Positions 56,997 through 64,000 of a stretch of 64,000 nt of DNA are shown here, one piece after another (positions within the stretch are counted from its first letter, which is position 1; the number at the start of each line of letters is the position of its first letter). The position numbers were made by a program, and so were the translations under genes. The DNA is from Lachnospiraceae bacterium UBA2734. Lineage in GTDB: Bacteria > Bacillota > Clostridia > Lachnospirales > Lachnospiraceae. The stretch lies in assembly GCA_002353635.1 (NCBI GenBank), contig DEKA01000005.1, positions 17,146 to 81,145 of the forward strand. The letters run 5' to 3'. The notes beneath the pieces are model-generated. The model saw only the letters and a program-made list of their open reading frames with translations. It was not told the DNA's origin and did no database searches.

Positions 56997-57105
56997 ATTG
57001 TTGAGGTTTGGCTGTTGTTTTTGGTCTGAACGTCTGCATCCCGTGAACCGAAGGTCCCCGGGATGGGGTGCTCAACAGATACCAGAATTTTTAAAACTAC
57101 GCTTC

Positions 57106-57510
57106 TTACCGAACGACCGCATCGATGTCGCTGTCGTCTTCAGCCTTGAAGATCTGCACGGCGAGCCGGTGCGGCAGGCAGATGATCGACTGCCCGTTCT
57201 TTGAGATGGTGCCTGTATCGACACAGACCTGGTTCTTACAGTTGGCCTCGGTCATGGTCACCGTATCATTTTGGATCTGCACGGTGTTGGACCATGTCGT
57301 GCCGTCCTTTTGCGGCTGCGTGACTGTGATCGTTTTATCCCTGTGCAGGTCATATGTTCCATAAATTTTGCCGTCCACAGTGATCTGGACGTAATCGCTT
57401 CCTGTGCGGCTCTTTGCCGCGGGGAGAAGCCAGATCGCCCCTGCGGTCAGAAGGAGAAGGAGGAGCAGAGCAATGTCTGCCTTCCGGATATATTGCTTCA
57501 TTGTTTTCAT
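57106..57510 (-). CDS. NusG domain II-containing protein (EetA-like)
   Basis: KAD + TM, VDGKIYGTYDL, N.V.I, EANCKNQVCV..G.I...GQSIICLPHRL. Confidence 0.88.
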   Translation of the reverse strand: MKTMKQYIRKADIALLLLLLLTAGAIWLLPAAKSRTGSDYVQITVDGKIYGTYDLHRDKTITVTQPQKDGTTWSNTVQIQNDTVTMTEANCKNQVCVDTGTISKNGQSIICLPHRLAVQIFKAEDDSDIDAVVR

Positions 57511-57570
57511 GAATCAGTCAAAGATGATCAGAAATCATCAGTCCATTAACCATCAGTAAAGGTCAGATAT

Positions 57571-58662
57571 ATGTTATCTAAGCTTAAAAATCAGCAGAGC
57601 ATTCTCTTTCCTTCAAAACGCAGCCGCTTTCTCCGCAGAGCGCTTCTTCTGCCGCTTGTCATAACGGGTATTATAGCACAGACCGGCTGCGGAAACCTTT
57701 TCGCGAAATCGCCGGATCCGGTGACGAGACAGAACTATTACTTTGATACGATCTGCAGCATCACGATCTACGACATGAAGGATTTTTCACAGGACAACGC
57801 CAACAAGGCGCTGGACAGTGCCTTTGACCTCTGCAAGACCTATGAAAATATGCTCTCCAAGACAGTAGACGGCTCCGATATCTGGAACATCAACCATGCG
57901 AAGGGCAAGCCTGTCGAGGTCAACGCGGAGACGGCAGGGCTCATCAGCAAGGGCATTGATTACGGGAAAATGACGGACGGCAAGTTCGATATCATGATCG
58001 GAAAGGCTGAGGACCTCTATGATTTTCACTCGGACAACCCAAAGGTGCCGTCCGCGGATGCGATCAAGGAGGCCATTTCCCATGTGGATTACCGCAATAT
58101 TAAAGTTGACGGCAATACGGTGACCATCAGTGACCCGGAAGGGGAGATTGACCTCGGCGGCATCGCGAAGGGATATATTGCGGACCGGCTGGCCGAGAAT
58201 CTCGAGAAGAGCGATGTAACGAGCGCCATCATCAGCCTCGGCGGCAACATCGAGTGCGTCGGCGGCAAGCCTTCCGGGAAGACGCAGACGGACTTCACAA
58301 TCGGCATCGAGACACCGTATTCCAACGACACAAAGATTGTGGGCACGAGTCCTCTGAAGGACGGCACGATGGTGACGTCCGGCGTGTATGAGAGGTATTT
58401 CGTAGGTCCGGACGGGAAGGAGTATCACCACATTCTGGATTCATCGACCGGGTATCCCGCGAACACGGATGTGCTGGGTGTGACGATCAAGGCTGCAAAG
58501 GGCAAATCCGTCGACTGCGATGCTCTGGCGACGACCTGCCTCATCTACGGCGTAGATAAGGGAAAGGCACTGATCGAGAGCCTGGACGGGTACGAGGCTG
58601 TTTTCATCGGGCGGGACGGAAAGATCACGACGACGTCCGGGATGGACTTCACGGCAAAATGA
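57571..58662 (+). CDS. apbE: FAD:protein FMN transferase (lipoprotein)
   Basis: Lipobox-like QTGC, FDT, SDI..IN, IDLGGIAKGY, LGGN, TSGVYERYF, YHHILD..TGYP, DALAT. Confidence 0.93.
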   Translation: MLSKLKNQQSILFPSKRSRFLRRALLLPLVITGIIAQTGCGNLFAKSPDPVTRQNYYFDTICSITIYDMKDFSQDNANKALDSAFDLCKTYENMLSKTVDGSDIWNINHAKGKPVEVNAETAGLISKGIDYGKMTDGKFDIMIGKAEDLYDFHSDNPKVPSADAIKEAISHVDYRNIKVDGNTVTISDPEGEIDLGGIAKGYIADRLAENLEKSDVTSAIISLGGNIECVGGKPSGKTQTDFTIGIETPYSNDTKIVGTSPLKDGTMVTSGVYERYFVGPDGKEYHHILDSSTGYPANTDVLGVTIKAAKGKSVDCDALATTCLIYGVDKGKALIESLDGYEAVFIGRDGKITTTSGMDFTAK

Positions 58663-58682
58663 GGTGTAACTTTCACTTCCAA

Positions 58683-58733
58683 AAAGTTATATAAACTTAT
58701 ATAATTATTATAAAGTTATATAAACTTATATAA
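58683..58733. repeat. Perfect 22-bp direct repeat (29-bp period) built of palindromes; candidate operator
   Basis: AAAGTTATATAAACTTATATAA at 58683-58704 and 58712-58733. Confidence 0.9.
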
Positions 58734-58788
58734 GAAATTGCGTTCATGATTTATATATGCGCAGAATAGATTGGAGGAGGGAATACAT

Positions 58789-59844
58789 ATGCAGCAGAAA
58801 AATCCGTTTATGATTTCCTTCAGCAGAAAGCCAGTGGAATATATCGACCGGCCCGAACAGACAGAGGTAATTCTTTCGACCTTCCGCGAAAGTCCGGTTA
58901 CAGATCAACTGTTCATGATCATGGGCGTGAGAGGTTCCGGGAAGACTGTTTTAATGTCTTCCATTGCCAATACTCTCGCCGCGGACAAGGAATGGATTGT
59001 TGTCAGATGTACGCCAACAGGAGATATTGTTCATACAATCGCCTCAGAGCTGTACAACAGCAATAAGTTTCATCAATTGTCTCTGGAAGCTCAGGTTAAC
59101 GTTCCATTTGTAGGTCATGTCGGCATCAGTTCTCAGGTACCGGAAGAAACGGATCTGTCAAAAATTGACAAGGCCCTTGCTGTTCTCCAGCAGCATGGCA
59201 GAAAACTTCTGATCACGATCGATGAGGTGACCAACACGCCGCAGATGAAGGAATTTGCCAGCGTTTTCCAGATTCTGATCGGCAAGGAGAGGCCAATCTA
59301 TTTTCTTGGAACGGGTTTGTATGAAAATATCATGCCGCTCCAGAATGAGAAGAATATGACGTTTCTATACAGAGCCCCAAGAATTGTTCTCGGTCCTCTG
59401 GATATGTCAGCGATCGCAAGATCTTACCAGAACATCCTCCGGATAAGTGCAGAGCAAAGTGTGGAATTGGCGAAACTCACTAAAGGGTATTCCTTTGCCT
59501 TTCAGGTTCTCGGATATATTTATTGGAATGCGATGCCGGTGAAGACTGTAGACAGTATTTTGCCAGAGTATGATGACAGGCTTGCGGATGCATCCTATTC
59601 CAAAATGTGGATGGAAATGTCAGAGACGGACAGGAAAGTGTGCCGCGCCATTGCTGAGAACAATGGCAGCAAAATAAAAGATGTGCGCGAAACCCTGCAG
59701 ATGGATTCCAATCTCTTTAATGTATATCGTGTACGCCTGAAGAACCGCGGCATCGTCAACACAGGCGAATACGGGAAGATAGCATTCTCTCTGCCCAGGT
59801 TCACAGAATTTGTTCAAAACAGATCTATGCTGTATGAGATTTGA
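58789..59844 (+). CDS. P-loop ATPase (AAA/archaeal-ATPase-like) with C-terminal winged HTH
   Basis: NPF..SF, GVRGSGKT Walker A, LITIDEV Walker B, TKGY.FAFQ, C-terminal YR.RL..RGI...FSLPRF; RBS GGAGGAGG. Confidence 0.82.
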   Translation: MQQKNPFMISFSRKPVEYIDRPEQTEVILSTFRESPVTDQLFMIMGVRGSGKTVLMSSIANTLAADKEWIVVRCTPTGDIVHTIASELYNSNKFHQLSLEAQVNVPFVGHVGISSQVPEETDLSKIDKALAVLQQHGRKLLITIDEVTNTPQMKEFASVFQILIGKERPIYFLGTGLYENIMPLQNEKNMTFLYRAPRIVLGPLDMSAIARSYQNILRISAEQSVELAKLTKGYSFAFQVLGYIYWNAMPVKTVDSILPEYDDRLADASYSKMWMEMSETDRKVCRAIAENNGSKIKDVRETLQMDSNLFNVYRVRLKNRGIVNTGEYGKIAFSLPRFTEFVQNRSMLYEI

Positions 59845-59967
59845 GCTTGGCAGTGGCGCCAATACGCCATTTTCAAACCGACATGGGCGCAGTGGATCCC
59901 AATGTCCCTGTCCGGAAGACACACCATTTGGGCATTTTCCCTGGGTGCTGAAAAAAGCAAACCTTGA

Positions 59968-62247
59968 TTATTTTGTAATGCTGTCTGCCGCCTGCATGTA
60001 GTAGCTCAGCAGCAGCGGCAGTGTATACAGGATCGGGAACGCATAGCGCGGCTGCACGTCAATGACGGGCCCAAGGAGGATGAAAATAAACGTCATCAAT
60101 CCAGGTACCAAGGCAGCAAAATCTCTCCTGCGGCAATCTTTTGCGTAAAAGAGGCACAGTGTAAAAAGCAGAAGGATGGAGACGCCCATATTGTTCAGCC
60201 TTCCGATGACGGGCAGGCGGTTCAGCAGGCTATAGAAGCTGCAGATCGCAATCGCAGTGCCCTGGAGAGGCGCAGGGATCGTGAAGCCGATCTCGTCAAT
60301 AAAGGACTGCGGCATGATGGACATACCATAGTTCACATCCTGGTTGTAGACGACGGCGTCGTAGTCGGGCATGAAGGCGTAGTAGTTCTGATCCCAGGTG
60401 GCTTCCACATAGCAGAGCGGGTGGCGCAGGAACATGCGCAGCCACACGGCGAGGTAATCTGTGAGCTCTTTTGTGGAGCGGGCATGGTATGTCGTCTTTA
60501 CCGCGTCGGCGGAGTCCTCCGTGTAGAGCTCAGCCAGCCGATCATAGTCGAGTACCTTTGCGATGACTGTCTTTTCTTCCTCCGTCACATCTTCAGGATA
60601 TTCCTTCACATAGCGGGCTGTCTGCTGGAAGGGCAATGAAAATGCCTCCTTCGGGCTGTCCTTCTCCACATGGTACGCGCGGGTGATCGCCCCATTCACA
60701 GCACTTGAGAGAAGGAGCGGAAGAGCCAGCATGACAAGGCGCAGCAGCCAAGTGCGGGCTTGTAATCCGGAACTTCCCTTCCTATATTGATCTTTCATCC
60801 AGATAAGCAGCAGGCAGAACGAGGCTGCAATGTAAACGTAACTTCCGTTCTTGCGGCAGAGAATCATGAGCGTGACAGAGAGGATCCATGGGAGAAGGAT
60901 ACGGTGCACAGAGCTGTTCTGCTGTACTTTGTTTTCATTTGCGTGAGTCACATCCTTACGTACGCTGCTGTGGCGGGAGTCGGTCAGCAGCTGCAGAATG
61001 CACATCACCCAGAAAAGAAAACCCACTGTATACAGGTAATCCTTGATCGGGAAGGCGGCGTAGCCTGCGAAATAAGGCGTCACACAATACAGAAACAGGG
61101 AGAGTCCTGTCAGCCACCGCGGCGCCCTCCATTTCTTCATGAAAACAATCGTGCAGGAGAGTGCAGCTGCCATCAGCATATTCTGCATGAGGACAAAGGC
61201 GAAGAGACCAAGATCAGAGCTGCCCGTGATCTCTTTTCCGGCGCGGATAAATGTGCCAAAGAGCCACGTGTGGAAGATGGGCTGTGCAGTTGTGAACGGC
61301 TTCACCCCGTAGTAGTACGCCAGTTGATTCCAGTTGTCGTAGCTCATCGCTCCCGGAAAACGCGCAATGAGGTGAATGCTCCAAAACGCCATGATGAGGA
61401 GCCATACCGAGAGCAGAGGATGCGTATTGGCGAAACGATTCCTGTATCCCGATTTATCAACTGGATTTCTTGAAGAAATCTGTTCAGAAAAGCGGCTGGA
61501 AGAGTCATCCTCAACCTGTTCCCCATTGGCAAAGAATCGGGAGTTCCTGCCGCAGCATAACAGGGCGTGCAGGAGCCGTATGCATAACAGATAAAGAAAA
61601 TAGAAGCCTACCAGAAGGATGATGGTTCCAAGGAGATTGATCTTCGGGCTGATGAGGCTCCCAAGTGACCCGCTGCAGCGAAATGCCCTTCCGCCTGTGT
61701 ACAGGATGGAAAATACTGCCGCCAGCACCATGTCTCCCTTTATTGCAGGCAGCGGCGCGTACGGCAGCGGTTTGCCCTTTGATGTTACCGGCAGCGGACG
61801 CTCTGTTCCCGGTATCGGCGCGGACTGCACAGGATCCCCTGACGATACCGCAGGAAATGAACGTTTTGTTTTCGGCGCTGGTGCGCTGTTCAGAAGGACA
61901 AGAAAACGGGCGCCAACCCCGGGGAAAAGAAACCTTGCGTACACAATAAAGAGTGCGCCAAAGAGCACCAGGACAGTGAAGCCCTGGCCGTCCAGAATCT
62001 GGCTGCACTGCTCCATCAACTTATAGAGCTGGGCAATAATGCCGTTATGAATGCCGGCATCCGGCACATCGGCGGGGTTCAGCTGCACAACCGTCGCGAG
62101 CGCTGTGCACAGCGCTGCCAGAGCGCAGCGGGCGGTCCGCGTACCCGGGCATGCGCTGCCTGTCAGTTTGGAGGAGCGCTCATCATTGTTATTTTCAGCT
62201 TCCATTTCGGAAATGCGTTTTCTCTTTTCGTTCTGTTCTTTAGTCAT
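59968..62247 (-). CDS. DUF6020-like polytopic membrane protein (GT-C-like), second copy
   Basis: FPGAMSYD...Q, QPIFHT, IKD, CRKNG, SLPFQQTARYV, QPRY. Confidence 0.7.
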   Translation of the reverse strand: MTKEQNEKRKRISEMEAENNNDERSSKLTGSACPGTRTARCALAALCTALATVVQLNPADVPDAGIHNGIIAQLYKLMEQCSQILDGQGFTVLVLFGALFIVYARFLFPGVGARFLVLLNSAPAPKTKRSFPAVSSGDPVQSAPIPGTERPLPVTSKGKPLPYAPLPAIKGDMVLAAVFSILYTGGRAFRCSGSLGSLISPKINLLGTIILLVGFYFLYLLCIRLLHALLCCGRNSRFFANGEQVEDDSSSRFSEQISSRNPVDKSGYRNRFANTHPLLSVWLLIMAFWSIHLIARFPGAMSYDNWNQLAYYYGVKPFTTAQPIFHTWLFGTFIRAGKEITGSSDLGLFAFVLMQNMLMAAALSCTIVFMKKWRAPRWLTGLSLFLYCVTPYFAGYAAFPIKDYLYTVGFLFWVMCILQLLTDSRHSSVRKDVTHANENKVQQNSSVHRILLPWILSVTLMILCRKNGSYVYIAASFCLLLIWMKDQYRKGSSGLQARTWLLRLVMLALPLLLSSAVNGAITRAYHVEKDSPKEAFSLPFQQTARYVKEYPEDVTEEEKTVIAKVLDYDRLAELYTEDSADAVKTTYHARSTKELTDYLAVWLRMFLRHPLCYVEATWDQNYYAFMPDYDAVVYNQDVNYGMSIMPQSFIDEIGFTIPAPLQGTAIAICSFYSLLNRLPVIGRLNNMGVSILLLFTLCLFYAKDCRRRDFAALVPGLMTFIFILLGPVIDVQPRYAFPILYTLPLLLSYYMQAADSITK
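61741..61884 (-). repeat. Degenerate coding 63-bp (21-aa) tandem repeat
   Basis: APAPKTKRSFPAVSSGDPVQS / APIPGTERPLPVTSKGKPLPY / APLPA; AP codons 63 bp apart. Confidence 0.65.
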
Positions 62248-62607
62248 GTGAATTTTCTGTCCGGAATTCTATAGAGGCGTCTCTCAGAAACGACATCACG
62301 TAATTTTTGAAGAGCTTCCTTGGAGAGATGTCAGTTCCTTTTCACTTGTTGTTTGACCGACGGCCGTGTGTTCCAAAAATCAGCCCGACGCTCACATCAT
62401 AACATAAGACGTGTGGTATAGTAGAGAATACTGGGCACACAGTGCCGCCGTGAAATTTACTTTTCCTGATAGTGGATATCGTTTCCATATTCTGTTTTGC
62501 TCCCGCTCGGGCGGAAATGAGAACGGAGCGGATCAGGACGCACAGAGACGGCGTGCAGGTGTGCTGACAGATCTTATTATTTGTGTCAACAAGCAATCGA
62601 GGTGTCT

Positions 62608-63879
62608 ATGCTGCCAACCAATATTGATTTCACAGGGAAGCGAATTCTTGTCACCGGCGCGGCCGGCTTTATCGGGTACAATCTCTGCCGAAGACTTCTT
62701 TGGCAGGAGAAGCCCACTTTTGTTTTCGGAATCGACAATGTCAATGACTATTATGATCCGCAGATCAAGGAGTGGCGTCTGAAGAAGCTGAAAATGTTCC
62801 GCAACTTTCTGTTCGTTCGCGGCGATATTGCGGACAAGGAGCAGGTGGATCGTCTCTTTATGATGGCCAAACCTGATATCGTTGTGAACCTTGCGGCGCA
62901 GGCGGGCGTGCGCTATTCGATCTCGCACCCGGATACGTATATTCAGTCGAATATCATCGGTTTCTACAATATTCTTGAGGCGTGCAGGCATTCCTATGAT
63001 GCCGTGAAGCCGGAGCTGTCCATGGAGATGAGTGGGAAGACGGCTTTTACTGCAGAAGGGGCTGCAGCGGGGAATCCGGGGTCGGATGCAGCAATATCCT
63101 CTGCGGATGGAGAGCGGGAGACCAACGGAACGGCAAATCACGCAGGTTCAGATGTGGCAGCGGCATCTGCCGGAGCACCGACGCGGGGAACTGCAGATCC
63201 CGACGGGTATAAGGGCGTGCAGCATCTCGTCTATGCTTCCAGTTCCAGCGTTTACGGAGGCAACACGAAGGTGCCCTTTTCTACAGAAGATAAGGTGGAT
63301 ACGCCGGTCTCACTGTATGCGGCGACAAAGAAGTCCAATGAGCTGCTGGCACATGCCTATGCTAAGCTCTACAACATTCCTTCCACAGGACTTCGGTTCT
63401 TCACGGTGTACGGACCGGCGGGAAGGCCGGACATGGCGTATTTTGGCTTCACGGACAAGCTAAGACGCGGGGAGAAGATCCGTATTTTCAATTATGGGAA
63501 CTGTAAGAGGGACTTCACCTATATTGACGATATTGTGGAAGGTATTACGCGGGTGATGCGGCATGCGCCGGAGCGCAGGAACGGCGAAGACGGTTTGCCG
63601 GTGCCGCCTTATAAAATTTACAACATTGGCAACGGATCGCCTGTCAACCTTCTGGATTTTGTGGACATCCTGCAGCAGGAGCTGGTCAGCGCTGGCGTTC
63701 TGCCGAAGGACTATGATTTCGAGGCGCACAAGGAGCTGGTGCCGATGCAACCGGGCGACGTACCCGTGACGTATGCGGACACGGCAGCGCTCGCGGAAGA
63801 TTTCGACTACAAGCCGTCGACAGACCTGCGGACGGGGCTTCGCGCGTTTGCGCAGTGGTATCGCGAGTACTACAAGTGA
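62608..63879 (+). CDS. NAD-dependent epimerase, UDP-glucuronate 4-epimerase-like, with ~65-aa insertion
   Basis: VTGAAGFIG, DNVNDYYD, LAAQAGVRYS, YASSSSVYG, SLYAATKKSNE, RFFTVYGPAGRPDMA, MQPGDV. Confidence 0.9.
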   Translation: MLPTNIDFTGKRILVTGAAGFIGYNLCRRLLWQEKPTFVFGIDNVNDYYDPQIKEWRLKKLKMFRNFLFVRGDIADKEQVDRLFMMAKPDIVVNLAAQAGVRYSISHPDTYIQSNIIGFYNILEACRHSYDAVKPELSMEMSGKTAFTAEGAAAGNPGSDAAISSADGERETNGTANHAGSDVAAASAGAPTRGTADPDGYKGVQHLVYASSSSVYGGNTKVPFSTEDKVDTPVSLYAATKKSNELLAHAYAKLYNIPSTGLRFFTVYGPAGRPDMAYFGFTDKLRRGEKIRIFNYGNCKRDFTYIDDIVEGITRVMRHAPERRNGEDGLPVPPYKIYNIGNGSPVNLLDFVDILQQELVSAGVLPKDYDFEAHKELVPMQPGDVPVTYADTAALAEDFDYKPSTDLRTGLRAFAQWYREYYK

Positions 63880-63952
63880 CGGTGGAGCGCAGAAGTTTGG
63901 GGTGAGACATCACACTGGCGACAGAATAATCATCACGGAGAGATAAGATAAT

Positions 63953-64000
63953 ATGGCAGAGTATCATGATTACATGGTCCGGGCAATCGCAGCTGATCAG
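63953..64000 (+). CDS. hslO: Hsp33 chaperone, 5' end (partial)
   Basis: MAEYHDYMVRAIAADQ resembles the D.(I/M)VRA.AAD N-terminus of Firmicute Hsp33; GGAG RBS; only 16 codons visible. Confidence 0.6.
   Translation, partial: MAEYHDYMVRAIAADQ

Noticed and set aside
57106-57510. NusG/UpxY-like antiterminator for the polysaccharide operon
   Set aside because: Only a membrane-anchored NusG domain II; no NGN or KOW domain
63001-63210. Intein or mobile element in the epimerase
   Set aside because: No splicing residues, endonuclease motifs, terminal inverted repeats or target duplication
1-64000. tRNA, rRNA, transposase, integrase or prophage genes
   Set aside because: None recognised by eye; tRNAscan, Infernal and ISEScan would be needed to exclude them formally

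Overview
About 55% GC Clostridia-type (probably Lachnospiraceae; inferred from gene content and style) chromosomal region. It is almost entirely one very large cell-surface glycopolymer locus, nearly all on the + strand. Contents: GDP-fucose pathway (gmd 3' end, fcl, manC, manA); a radical SAM/SPASM-Twitch enzyme; an LCP ligase with N-terminal tandem repeats; a CDP-alditol/teichoic-acid-like module (IspD/TarI-like, SDR, LicD, TagF-like, Wzm/Wzt, TagA fusion); many GT4, GT2, GT-D and DUF4422 transferases; a PglK-like ABC flippase; a Wzy-like protein; three acylation systems; and about eight polytopic GT-C-like proteins, two of them tandem paralogs ending in a ricin-type lectin domain. A complete rnfCDGEAB operon is embedded in the locus, and its flavinylation helpers (apbE, NusG-II, Gx) lie 11 kb downstream. 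Also present are a lower-GC ATPase-wHTH gene behind a striking palindromic repeat, a UDP-glucuronate 4-epimerase-like gene and the start of hslO. No rRNA, tRNA, CRISPR or transposase was seen. Best novelty candidates: GT-C/ricin fusions, a priming-transferase-N-terminus/TagA chimera, a pilin-fold Cys3His protein lacking exactly its FTLxE motif, a radical SAM enzyme plus a Cys-cluster GT4 in a glycan pathway, and pervasive duplication-derived in-frame loop insertions. All family calls come from motif recognition by eye; no database search was run.
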